Assembly: GCA_049303675.1 (NCBI GenBank)
Contig: JBAQNJ010000001.1
Location: forward strand, 135,494-199,493
DNA length: 64,000 nucleotides
Reading direction: 5' to 3'
Source of the DNA: Microgenomates group bacterium
Lineage (GTDB): Bacteria; Patescibacteriota; Microgenomatia; UBA12405
Shown: piece after piece, positions 49,591 to 58,763 of the stretch
Numbering within the stretch: position 1 is the first letter of the stretch
Layout: each line of letters starts with the position of its first letter
Notes under the pieces: generated by a model
Seen by the model: the letters and a program-made list of their open reading frames with translations, nothing else
The model's database searches: none
Told to the model about the DNA's origin: nothing
Made by a program: the position numbers and the translations under genes

Positions 49591-49823
49591 CTTCTCCCCC
49601 GAACTCTCTTTTGATTATTTCATTGTCACTTTTTCTCACTTTCTTTTTCTGTTTCTTTCTCTTTCACTATTTTTTCTTTATTATCTTTTACCACAACCAC
49701 AGCGCGTAGCACTGGCTCTTTACCACCAGTTATAATATGTGAAGCATCTCTTACCGCAAAATGTTCTACCGGCTGTTTAGATTCCACCTTATCTCCCATG
49801 GTCAATTATACCACCACCCCATC

Positions 49824-49839
49824 TACTACTTGTGTAGTA
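49824..49839. promoter_or_regulatory. CopY-type operator TACTAC-TTGT-GTAGTA, 10 nt upstream of the copY start
   Basis: 16-bp palindrome of the same family as the sites at 52285, 56308, 60291 and 60919. Confidence 0.6.
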
Positions 49840-49848
49840 TAATCACTT

Positions 49849-50205
49849 ATGAACTGCGATTGTAACTGTAATGCTAAATGTAAAATGCTCGGTGGCCTCG
49901 AACAAAAAATTATGGAGTCCCTCTGGTCTAGTAACGGCCCCCAAAAGCCCTCCGATATCGTCAAACAGCTTGGTGATAGTCACGCCTATACCACTATCAC
50001 TACCGTACTCAAAAGAATGTCCGACAAGGGGATTGTCCGGCGTGTTCCCAAAGGTAATGTTTTTTATTATGCCCCAGTCTTAGATAAATCTACTTATGCC
50101 TGCGAATGTCTTGACGACCTCTTCCAGCGCCTTTTTGATACTTATGGTGCTGAGGTAGTTACTTCTTTTCGTCGTATCTCCAAAGACAAAAAATATTCTA
50201 TCTAA
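49849..50205 (+). CDS. copY: CopY/BlaI/MecI-family winged-helix repressor with C-terminal Cys motif
   Basis: Winged-helix core (SDIVKQLGDSHAYTTITTVLKRMSDKGIVRR) and C-terminal CxC (YACECLDDL) as in copper-responsive CopY. N-terminal CDCNCNAKCK cluster. Confidence 0.75.
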   Translation: MNCDCNCNAKCKMLGGLEQKIMESLWSSNGPQKPSDIVKQLGDSHAYTTITTVLKRMSDKGIVRRVPKGNVFYYAPVLDKSTYACECLDDLFQRLFDTYGAEVVTSFRRISKDKKYSI

Positions 50206-50866
50206 TCTTTTTATATTCTTCGACAAATTTATTTAGTTTTTCTCTTTTCTTCCAGCCGATTCCTCCTTCTGCCAGTGTCTCGATAAACATCTTTGTCAAA
50301 ATTGGCTGTTTTTCTCGCTCTCCGTTTTGATTTTGGGCATAGCAAAGCATTAAGCAATCAACCAGAGGGTGGATTATTTGATCTTTGCTCCATCCCTCCT
50401 CATCCACTCCATTTATTCCCATTTTTCGCAGGACATCAAAATAGGTTCTCTCCAAAAAATGGGCCGCACTCCCGACAAACAATGCCTCCGGACTCGCCTC
50501 CATAGTTGAAGCAATCAAAATCCCTCTTTTCCTTTTTTCCGGATCAGGCTCGTTTTGTCCCAGTATCATCGCTTCTCTACCTTCCCTCAGACCTGCCAAC
50601 ACGCTCCTTGCTGGCAACTCTCCAATTAGGGGTAACTTTATTTCACCCAAGAGCGTTTTTAGTCCTCGTGCTCCGTCCATTATTTCCAAGGCTGGATCAT
50701 CTATTTTTAATTTATTAAATTCACCAATCAGTTCGTTTAATCCCTCTACTACCAAGTATTCCAGTTCTGGTTGTTTTTCATCATAAATTTTCTCAGCCTC
50801 GGGTGTCCTCGCCAGTTCTCCGAGGCGTTTACCAAACGATTTTACTGGTAACAATCCTTCGGTCAT
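50198..50866 (-). CDS. hypothetical protein (222 aa)
   Basis: ORF only. Confidence 0.35.
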   Translation of the reverse strand: MTEGLLPVKSFGKRLGELARTPEAEKIYDEKQPELEYLVVEGLNELIGEFNKLKIDDPALEIMDGARGLKTLLGEIKLPLIGELPARSVLAGLREGREAMILGQNEPDPEKRKRGILIASTMEASPEALFVGSAAHFLERTYFDVLRKMGINGVDEEGWSKDQIIHPLVDCLMLCYAQNQNGEREKQPILTKMFIETLAEGGIGWKKREKLNKFVEEYKKIR

Positions 50867-51591
50867 TGGTATTCTGGATATTTATAACCCTTATTGGTTG
50901 TCTCTATATATTTTTCCGGATCAAAATCAATATTCCAAATTTTTTTCAAAATCACTTTAGCAATATAGGCATTACCTAATTGGTTTGGATGCCAAAAATC
51001 GAGATCGCCTTTTTTAATATTTTCCTCAACTATATCGCACTCAGAAACAAAAGTATAAATTTTTTCTTTTGGAAAATTATCCGACTCTTTATCCAAATCA
51101 ATGAAATTGTTTAAACCCAAATTTCGTTGTATCTCAACATAGGGCAAACACAATTCATTTGACCTATCATTCCACGCTTTGTTACATGTAGACAGCCATA
51201 TTTCTATATTATCCTTTTTCATTCGTTCTAATATATTTTCCAAATTATTTTTATACTCATCTTGACTCACTCCTTGAGTTGGGTCATTGGCTCCAATCAT
51301 CAATATCATTAGGTTTGGCTTAGCGCCACTTATATCATCCAATTTGTTCACTATATCTCTCGAGGTACTGCCATCGTATCCAAAATTAAAACAGCGTATT
51401 CCCCAGTTAGGTGTGCGAAAATTGGGAAATTCGTCATTCATTTCTTCTTTTAATACATATTCCACCATTTCTCGCCAGTTTGGGTGCACCCATTCGGTGC
51501 TAGTTATCGAGTCTCCCACAAACGCAATCCAATATTTTCCGCTTTCTGTCAACGCTTTTTTAATTTTATCCATAGCTGATTTTAACATCAC
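50863..51591 (-). CDS. SGNH/GDSL-family hydrolase
   Basis: Block I IAFVGDSITS and block V DFWHPNQLGNAYIA. Confidence 0.7.
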   Translation of the reverse strand: MMLKSAMDKIKKALTESGKYWIAFVGDSITSTEWVHPNWREMVEYVLKEEMNDEFPNFRTPNWGIRCFNFGYDGSTSRDIVNKLDDISGAKPNLMILMIGANDPTQGVSQDEYKNNLENILERMKKDNIEIWLSTCNKAWNDRSNELCLPYVEIQRNLGLNNFIDLDKESDNFPKEKIYTFVSECDIVEENIKKGDLDFWHPNQLGNAYIAKVILKKIWNIDFDPEKYIETTNKGYKYPEYQ

Positions 51592-51606
51592 AATTTACAC
51601 TAGATT

Positions 51607-51996
51607 TTGTCTGTAATATTATTATTTATAATCACAAAAACAGACTGGAAAATAATTTATTATCAATACCCCAACGGAAAAGAACCAATTTATGACTTTA
51701 TAGAGTCATTAAGTCCTGTCGCCCAAGCAAAAGTTTCCAATACCTTTGATTTGTTGCTACAGTTTGGAATTAGACTAGGACTACCACACGTCAAAAAAAT
51801 CTCCAATACTGATTTATGGGAGCTAAGGATTCTCGGCGGTGATAGCATTCGCATCATATATATTGCCACAACAGGTAAACAATTCTTATTACTTCACGGG
51901 TTTGTCAAGAAAACCCAAAAAACCGACAAGAGAGAACTTAAAATCGCCCAATCAAGACTAAAAGAATTTAATCATCACAATATCACAAAATTGTGA
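51607..51996 (+). CDS. HigB/Gp49-like (RelE superfamily) toxin
   Basis: WKIIYYQYPNGKEPIYDFIESL...ELRILGGDSIRIIY pattern of Gp49/HigB-like addiction-module killers. Confidence 0.6.
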   Translation: MSVILLFIITKTDWKIIYYQYPNGKEPIYDFIESLSPVAQAKVSNTFDLLLQFGIRLGLPHVKKISNTDLWELRILGGDSIRIIYIATTGKQFLLLHGFVKKTQKTDKRELKIAQSRLKEFNHHNITKL

Positions 51997-52008
51997 TATC
52001 ATATAGAC

Positions 52009-52278
52009 ATGGATTGGCAAACACACAAAAAACAGTTACTAAAAAATCCTGAATTCAAAAAGGCACTCGTTGAGTCAAGTATTGAGTTTCAAATTGTCAA
52101 ATCGGCCATCGAAGCCAGACTTAAAAGTGGTCTAACTCAAAAACAGTTAGCCAAAAAGATGAACACCAAACAATCCGTTATTTCTAGATTAGAAAATGTC
52201 AAAACTATTCCTTCAATTTCATTTTTGAAAAAATTTGCCATAGCCACCAACAGTAAACTAACCGTTGTCTTTCAATAA
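52009..52278 (+). CDS. XRE-family HTH antitoxin (HigA-like)
   Basis: HTH segment LTQKQLAKKMNTKQSVISRLEN, immediately downstream of the toxin gene. Confidence 0.65.
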   Translation: MDWQTHKKQLLKNPEFKKALVESSIEFQIVKSAIEARLKSGLTQKQLAKKMNTKQSVISRLENVKTIPSISFLKKFAIATNSKLTVVFQ

Positions 52279-52284
52279 TCAAAG

Positions 52285-52300
52285 TACTACACTCGTAGTA
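52285..52300. promoter_or_regulatory. CopY-type operator TACTAC-ACTC-GTAGTA abutting or overlapping the start codon at 52300
   Basis: Identical 16-mer to the site upstream of copA. Confidence 0.6.
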
Positions 52301-53655
52301 TGCTAAGCAAAGCGAAGTCCCGCAACGGCGGGATCATTAAGTCAATCACTTATGCCGTCTCCGGCACCCACTGCCACGCTTGCGAAATCTTAATCGAAAA
52401 AGAAATTCGGGACATGCATGGTATCAAATCAGTCGAGGCCTCAACCGCCGATTCTACTGTCAAAATCTCTGGCACCCACATTCCCGAAATATCCTTACTA
52501 AATAATATTTTCAAGGACTCTGGTTATATATTTTCAAAAAATCCAGTTTCCAGTTTCCAGTTACCAGTTACTTCTAACTCTCCCGACATCTTCACCTCCC
52601 TTCTTATTGTCTCTGGCATCTTGATTATCTTTTTCATCCTCAACAAAATGGGATTATTGTCCGCTTTTACCGTCAATTCTAGTTCCTATTATCCAGCATT
52701 TTTTATGTTTGGGCTTATTGCTGGCCTATCTACTTGTGCTGCCCTAATTGGCGGTATTGTCGTCGCCATTTCCCAGCGTGGATTCTCCTCAGTTCTTTCT
52801 TTTCTCACCGGTCGAGTAATTTTATTTGGAGTTTTTGGTGCCATTCTCGGCTACTTTGGCAGTTTTTTTAGACTATCCCTGACTGCAGGAGCCATTGTCA
52901 GCGCAATTGTATCTCTGGTTATGTTTATTGTGGGCATGCAAATGCTCAATATCGCTTGGTTCAAGCGTTTTTCTTTTGCTTTACCCAAAAATATTACCGG
53001 CCCCTTAGCCGATGACTCCACCTTTATTGGACGTTACTTGCCTTTTATTTTTGGGGGACTTACTTTTTTCCTCCCCTGTGGCTTTACCCTTACTGCCCAA
53101 ACACTCGCCCTAGCCTCAGGTGACATCATCAGTGGTGGATTAATTATGTTGTCCTTTGCTCTGGGTAGTTTTATACCCCTCTTGCTCATTGGCTACGGCA
53201 GTTCTTCATCACAGAAAAATCCTCGCACTGCCGCCTATTTTTCCCAAGTTGCTGGTATCCTCGTTGTCTTGTTTGCCATGTACAATTTGTATTCCCAATC
53301 CATTGTTCTCGGCATAAATCCAGTTTTCAAATCATCTGAGATCCGAGATCTGACATCTGATATCCAAATTATTAATGGCACTCAAATCCTGAAGATGACC
53401 GCCAGTGCCTCAGGTTATACTCCCAATAGTTTTACCATCAAGGCAGGACAGAAAACCCGCTGGGAAATTACTGACAAGGGGACTAGCGGCTGTACCAACG
53501 CTGTCATCTCAAAAGGCTTGTTGGGCAACGATATTATCAATCTCGTCGCTGGTACCACCTCAGTCAAGGAATTCACCGCCCCCACTGCCGCCGGCACCTA
53601 TCGCTTTTCCTGTTGGATGGGTATGATTAGTGGCACTATTGAAGTAGTTCAATAG
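52300..53655 (+). CDS. HMA-domain / DsbD_2 (CcdA-like) transmembrane / C-terminal cupredoxin-like metal-handling membrane protein
   Basis: N-terminal HMA (SGTHCHAC). TM region with paired Cys motifs (LSTCAAL, FLPCGF) as in the CcdA/DsbD_2 family. C-terminal beta domain ...GTYRFSCWMGMISGTIEVVQ. Confidence 0.6.
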   Translation: MLSKAKSRNGGIIKSITYAVSGTHCHACEILIEKEIRDMHGIKSVEASTADSTVKISGTHIPEISLLNNIFKDSGYIFSKNPVSSFQLPVTSNSPDIFTSLLIVSGILIIFFILNKMGLLSAFTVNSSSYYPAFFMFGLIAGLSTCAALIGGIVVAISQRGFSSVLSFLTGRVILFGVFGAILGYFGSFFRLSLTAGAIVSAIVSLVMFIVGMQMLNIAWFKRFSFALPKNITGPLADDSTFIGRYLPFIFGGLTFFLPCGFTLTAQTLALASGDIISGGLIMLSFALGSFIPLLLIGYGSSSSQKNPRTAAYFSQVAGILVVLFAMYNLYSQSIVLGINPVFKSSEIRDLTSDIQIINGTQILKMTASASGYTPNSFTIKAGQKTRWEITDKGTSGCTNAVISKGLLGNDIINLVAGTTSVKEFTAPTAAGTYRFSCWMGMISGTIEVVQ

Positions 53656-53658
53656 AAT

Positions 53659-54822
53659 TTATTGCCAAGCACTCTGCTTTTTAATTATTTTCTCGACTGA
53701 TTCCCTGATGAAATTATTATCATGTATTTTGTTATTTGATCCAGTCATTATCAGCTTAATTTGTTCTACCGAATACGGGGCACCATATCCTACACTTCCC
53801 CACAATGCGGGAATATGGGCACTGTCCAAACCCATATCTTTCAGTTTCATTCTCAAATCAATCGAGTAACCAAACAAATCATCTTGGTTCATTTCTAATA
53901 GATCAATTGTATCCGACAATTCAACCAAATCTCCATACCTAGACATCCTTATTGTCTCCACAATTTTATCAGCTGTATCTTCGCTTACACCGGTTATCAC
54001 GAGTCCATATTTTAACCCGACCATTTCAAATCCTGTTGCCAATCTCTCTCTGTGAATACTATCTACATCTCCGTCTCTATTGTCTAAATTCTTAAATATT
54101 GGAGTTGCCACCTTTTCAGCTTCCCTTGCCGTGATGTCGTGTCCAAAATTCATGATTCCTAGATTATTTTTTGATTTTTCCCCTAGTTCCAATGGTAGTT
54201 CCTCTGCTAGTTCGCAAAAACGTCTTTCCAGAGCTCGATCAATCGAGTGGGCGTATTCATGTCCAGCTAATGACGCCAATGCCGCATTCAACACTTGCTC
54301 AGAAGTCAAGTCTATATCATTTTTTGCTGCCGCTCTTTGTATAATGCCCAGCCGGTTTTCGATCCCACCAACTGATATGTATATTTCTGGTTTTGAGTCA
54401 CCATCACCTCTAATATTGATTCCACCACTCATATTTTCAACAATTTGTATATCTGCTCCTCTAGTTAGTTTTCCCGTAATCACCACCAAATCCTTTGGAA
54501 TTAATCCGTTTTTTGCTGCCATCGATATGAACCCATTAGTTAGCTGGCCCGACATAGCCTTTAACTGATCCAAGTTAACGGCTTCTTCACTGCCATATTT
54601 ACTAGTATCATATTGGGAAATTTCCTCTCTAATTATTTCCTCTACTCTTGATATATCTCTAAACCTGTCATTTTTCTCCCATATAAACCGACCATCATCT
54701 CCCCGATTTTTCCACAAGCCTTCCGTGTGAATCCTTTGCATTATCTTGTATCCAGCAGTGACAATTCCCTCTTTGTTTTCACTTCCGTGGACTGATTCGA
54801 TAGCATCTCGTTTTGACATCAA
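53659..54822 (-). CDS. hypothetical HExxH-motif protein (possible zincin-like metallopeptidase), D/E/G-rich
   Basis: LAGHEYAHSID motif. No TM. Confidence 0.4.
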   Translation of the reverse strand: MMSKRDAIESVHGSENKEGIVTAGYKIMQRIHTEGLWKNRGDDGRFIWEKNDRFRDISRVEEIIREEISQYDTSKYGSEEAVNLDQLKAMSGQLTNGFISMAAKNGLIPKDLVVITGKLTRGADIQIVENMSGGINIRGDGDSKPEIYISVGGIENRLGIIQRAAAKNDIDLTSEQVLNAALASLAGHEYAHSIDRALERRFCELAEELPLELGEKSKNNLGIMNFGHDITAREAEKVATPIFKNLDNRDGDVDSIHRERLATGFEMVGLKYGLVITGVSEDTADKIVETIRMSRYGDLVELSDTIDLLEMNQDDLFGYSIDLRMKLKDMGLDSAHIPALWGSVGYGAPYSVEQIKLIMTGSNNKIHDNNFIRESVEKIIKKQSAWQ

Positions 54823-54977
54823 TGTATTTTACTATTAATTCCAGCCACTCAACCAATCTTCCTATTTCAGTCTAATCAAACTACTCACACATTTTCCTGT
54901 AAACACTTACTGTCTAGAAAATATTTTTCTACTACCTATACAAAAATGGATAGTTTATAAGCTACTATTCAACTGCA

Positions 54978-55047
54978 TTTTTTCCGGCACATACCGTTTC
55001 TCCTGTTGGATGGGTATGATTTCCGGAACTATCGAAGTGGTGAATTA
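54978..55047 (+). pseudogene. remnant copy of the cupredoxin-like C-terminus of the 52300-53655 gene
   Basis: tccggcacataccgtttctcctgttggatgggtatgatttccggaactatcgaagtggtgaattag encodes ...GTYRFSCWMGMISGTIEVVN*, near-identical to 53590-53655. No upstream ORF. Confidence 0.6.
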
Positions 55048-55048
55048 G

Positions 55049-55327
55049 TTATTTTGCCGCGTATTCTCTCTTCACCGCCTCAGCCAACATTATTTTCATC
55101 AACGATTGATATGGTACATCCTTTTTGTTGGCTATCATCTTTAAATCGTACATTAATGTATTCGGCAATCTAATCGTAATTGGCTTTGCAGTTGGTTTTA
55201 ATTCAGACAAATCTAACTCAACCTTCATCGATTCATCAAAGAAATCAGTCGCATCATGTGTCGCCCAGAAATCTCTCTCCTGATCCTCGTTTTTAAATTT
55301 TGGTATTTGTTTTATTTTATTTCTCAT
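55049..55327 (-). CDS. BrnA-type antitoxin (N-terminal DFWATHD motif, C-terminal RHH)
   Basis: RDFWATHDATDFFDE plus ribbon-helix-helix ITIRLPNTLMYDLKMIANKKDVPYQSLMKIMLAEAV. Confidence 0.65.
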   Translation of the reverse strand: MRNKIKQIPKFKNEDQERDFWATHDATDFFDESMKVELDLSELKPTAKPITIRLPNTLMYDLKMIANKKDVPYQSLMKIMLAEAVKREYAAK

Positions 55328-55622
55328 ATAATTTTTTCTCCTTTTTACTCATATCTCGAGCAGAAATAACTCTAATTTTTTTATTTCTAATTGTAAAAAA
55401 TATAGACAACTTCCTCTTTTTTTCGGTAATTCCTAATGCCAACCATCGTTGTTCATTTATGGAATGCCTTTCGTCAAAAAATGTTTTTAAATTAGCTTTA
55501 TTAATTAAAAAAATTTGTTCGCACTCAGTATAATCTACTTCATGCTTTTGCCAGTTTTTAAGCTGGTTTCCTTCATCCCAATCAAAAACAATTGGTCTTG
55601 ATGGTAGGTTCTTTTTTGTCAC
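55317..55622 (-). CDS. BrnT-type toxin (DUF497 RNase)
   Basis: IVFDWDEGNQLKNWQKHEVDYTECEQIF matches the DUF497 N-terminus. Overlaps the brnA-like gene. Confidence 0.7.
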   Translation of the reverse strand: MTKKNLPSRPIVFDWDEGNQLKNWQKHEVDYTECEQIFLINKANLKTFFDERHSINEQRWLALGITEKKRKLSIFFTIRNKKIRVISARDMSKKEKKLYEK

Positions 55623-55656
55623 TGTACATGATGATACAATACATTTTATCTTCTTG

Positions 55657-56271
55657 TCAAGTCTTTCTCGCTACCAATCTAATTAATCCACTCACATTCT
55701 TTATTTCATCTTTTCGACTAACACCTAGGTTATCCAACAATATTATTTCAAATCCAGTTAACACTTTTTTCATCGATTCAATACTAAAAAATCTTTTACT
55801 AATACCACTTTCATCGACATAATAGTCTTTTTCAATTTCTTTATATTCACTAATCTCAGGATCATTGGTCGAATTTACTAATATTGCCAATATTCCACCA
55901 GTTTTTAATATATTTTTCATCTCCAAAAACAACTTTATTGTTCTTTCTTTATCAAAATAGTGAATGCCAAGGTGTGAATAAATCACCTCAAAACTTTCAC
56001 TTTCAAATGGCAATGGTATAGCCATGTCTACTAGTTTGAATTCAGTTGTTGCCACTTCTTGGCTATATTTCGAAAAATCCGTTGCCAGCACTTTGAATCC
56101 CTTTTCACTCAAATATTTACTATCCTGTCCCAATCCTACTCCTAATTCCAAAACAGAACAATTTTTCGGAAAATATTTTTCCACTTCTTGAACAAAAATT
56201 GTTGGACTTCTACTCCAATCAGCATCCGCATATTTTCCCAACTTTTTCCTCCAAAAATCTTGTAAGTTCAT
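55657..56271 (-). CDS. class I SAM-dependent methyltransferase
   Basis: Motif I VLELGVGLGQD, motif II KVLATDFS. Confidence 0.7.
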   Translation of the reverse strand: MNLQDFWRKKLGKYADADWSRSPTIFVQEVEKYFPKNCSVLELGVGLGQDSKYLSEKGFKVLATDFSKYSQEVATTEFKLVDMAIPLPFESESFEVIYSHLGIHYFDKERTIKLFLEMKNILKTGGILAILVNSTNDPEISEYKEIEKDYYVDESGISKRFFSIESMKKVLTGFEIILLDNLGVSRKDEIKNVSGLIRLVARKT

Positions 56272-56307
56272 ATTTGTATTATATCTCCTTGACTTTCCTG
56301 AACAAAC

Positions 56308-56323
56308 TACTACACTCGTAGTA
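56308..56323. promoter_or_regulatory. CopY-type operator TACTAC-ACTC-GTAGTA, 1 nt upstream of the copA ATG
   Basis: Perfect palindromic half-sites. Confidence 0.65.
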
Positions 56324-56324
56324 T

Positions 56325-58604
56325 ATGCGTAACAAAGTGGAGTCCGCCTCAGGCGGAAGCAATCAAACCGAAAGTTTCCATGTTTCTGGAATGCACTGTG
56401 CTTCTTGTGCCTCAGTCATCAAAGGCCAACTTGAGGATATTGATGGCATAAGATCTTGTACTGTCAACTACGCCACCGAAAAAGCCCAAATATCTTTTGA
56501 CCCCCAAAAAGTTGCTCTACCCCAAATGAATCTGGCTATCGACAAGCTTGGCTACTCCCTTCATTCTGGTCACGATATGTCACCTATTTCGACCGAAACT
56601 GCCGCCAAAGATCAAAAACAAAAAGATTTGGACAGCATGAGTCGTCAACTAAAAATCATTCTTCCTATGGTTGGTATCAGTATTTTTGTCATGATTTGGG
56701 AAATCGGTGCCAATCCTTTTAAGCTTTGGACGGAAATGCCCGATGTTTTAATGGAATTTTTCCACCACCTTCTACCTATCTTTGCCACCTATTCGCTATT
56801 TGTTGTCGGTCTACCCTATCTTTTAGGTATCTCCCGCTTCATCAAACACCGTGTTGCCAATATGGATACCCTCGTTGGTATTGGTACCCTAGTTGCTTAC
56901 TCTTATAGCTTTATTGTGACCGCTTTTGAAAAGGTGTTGGCCCCCTATCTAAATACTCAACAAAATTATTATGATGTGACGATTGTCGTTATTGGTTTTA
57001 TAACTCTGGGTAAATTTCTCGAATCCCGTTCCAAGTTAAAAACAGGCGAAGCCATCGAAAAACTTTTAGACCTGCAGGCCAAAAATGCTCTTATCCTTCG
57101 CGATGGTCAGGAGATCGAAATACCCGTCGATCAGGTAGTTCTTGGTGACATTATGTTAGTCAAACCAGGTACCAAAATCCCCTTAGACGGCATAATTATT
57201 GAGGGGAAATCATCCATCGATGAATCGATGATTACTGGCGAGCCAATTCCTGTCGACAAAGGGCCGAAGGATAGTGTTATCGGTTCGACCATCAATAAGC
57301 AGGGTTCACTCCAAATAAAAGTTTCCAAAATTGGTGCTGATACTATGCTCTCCCAAATTATAAAAATGGTGACCGAAGCCCAAGGTTCAAAAGCACCAAT
57401 TGAGCGGCTGGCCGATCAAGTATCAGCCATCTTTGTCCCAATTGTCCTTATTTTATCTGTCGTGACTCTTATTGCTTGGATGATTGCTGGTCAGTTTACT
57501 TTAGGTATTTTGTGTTTTGTGGGAATTTTAGTCATTGCCTGTCCTTGTGCTATGGGTTTGGCCACACCTACGGCCATTATTGTAGGGGTTGGTAAAGCCG
57601 CTCAAAATGGAATTTTAATCAAAAATGCCGAAAGCCTTGAAAAATTAAATGGTGTAAATTTTGTCGTTATGGACAAAACCGGTACTCTGACCAAGGGTTC
57701 GCCCCAAGTTACCGATATCGAAGTTGTCAGTACTCAGTCAAAAAATGAAGTGTTACGTCTGTTAGCCTCGCTCGAAAATCACTCCGAGCACCCAATAGCT
57801 CAAGCAGTCGTCACCCAAGCCAAAGACGAAAAACTCGATCTTTTTAAAGTCACCGATTTTGAAATAATCGAAGGTCAAGGTCTCAAGGGGCAAATAAAAA
57901 GTACCCAATATCTTGCTGGCAATCTCCGGCTTGCAGCTGATCTCAAGTTATCAGTCGATCAAAAAGTCATCGACAGGCTCGCCACTCAGGGCAAAACCCC
58001 CATAATTTTTATGACCCCAAAAGAGATTATTGGTTATGTCGGTATCTCTGACACCATTAAAGACGACGCCATAGAGACTGTCACCGCCCTTCATCGCCAA
58101 AATATCAAAGTCGCCATGCTGACTGGTGACAACCAGATCACTGCCGAGTACATTGCCAAGTTAGTTGGCATTGATCGAGTTATTGCTCAAGTTTTGCCAG
58201 GGGACAAAGCCAAAGAGATCCAAAAGCTTCAGGCCGAAGGCTACAAAGTTGCCATGGTTGGTGATGGAGTCAACGACGCCCCCGCTCTCGCTACTGCCGA
58301 TGTCGGTATAGCTATGGGAACTGGTACCGATGTTGCCATTGAATCGGCAGGTGTTACCATTTTAGGTGGGCATATCGGCAAAATTCCCACTGCCGTCAAG
58401 TTATCTCATGCCACCATGAGTATTATTAAACAAAATCTTTTTTGGGCTTTCTTTTACAATATAATTGGCATCCCAATTGCCGCTGGATTGTTATATCCAT
58501 ATTTCAAAATTCTTCTCAATCCCGCCATTGCTGGTGCCGCCATGGGGTTTAGCAGTGTCTCGGTTGTCACCAACTCCCTCCGTCTCAAAACCAAAAAGTT
58601 TTAG
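56325..58604 (+). CDS. copA: copper-translocating P1B-type ATPase
   Basis: HMA SGMHCASC, TM CPC motif (ACPCAMGLATP), DKTGTLT phosphorylation site and GDGVNDAPAL hinge. Confidence 0.95.
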   Translation: MRNKVESASGGSNQTESFHVSGMHCASCASVIKGQLEDIDGIRSCTVNYATEKAQISFDPQKVALPQMNLAIDKLGYSLHSGHDMSPISTETAAKDQKQKDLDSMSRQLKIILPMVGISIFVMIWEIGANPFKLWTEMPDVLMEFFHHLLPIFATYSLFVVGLPYLLGISRFIKHRVANMDTLVGIGTLVAYSYSFIVTAFEKVLAPYLNTQQNYYDVTIVVIGFITLGKFLESRSKLKTGEAIEKLLDLQAKNALILRDGQEIEIPVDQVVLGDIMLVKPGTKIPLDGIIIEGKSSIDESMITGEPIPVDKGPKDSVIGSTINKQGSLQIKVSKIGADTMLSQIIKMVTEAQGSKAPIERLADQVSAIFVPIVLILSVVTLIAWMIAGQFTLGILCFVGILVIACPCAMGLATPTAIIVGVGKAAQNGILIKNAESLEKLNGVNFVVMDKTGTLTKGSPQVTDIEVVSTQSKNEVLRLLASLENHSEHPIAQAVVTQAKDEKLDLFKVTDFEIIEGQGLKGQIKSTQYLAGNLRLAADLKLSVDQKVIDRLATQGKTPIIFMTPKEIIGYVGISDTIKDDAIETVTALHRQNIKVAMLTGDNQITAEYIAKLVGIDRVIAQVLPGDKAKEIQKLQAEGYKVAMVGDGVNDAPALATADVGIAMGTGTDVAIESAGVTILGGHIGKIPTAVKLSHATMSIIKQNLFWAFFYNIIGIPIAAGLLYPYFKILLNPAIAGAAMGFSSVSVVTNSLRLKTKKF

Positions 58605-58763
58605 TGTCTCCGTCACCCTCAATTCACTCCCACTAAATCTATTTCAATCAAAGTATTAATATTGAAAAGACCTGATTTAATAAAGTACACAAGTTTGACA
58701 GTAAATATCTCTAGTAGTACATTAACTCATCACTGAAAATAGTTTATTCTGTGATCATGCAAA

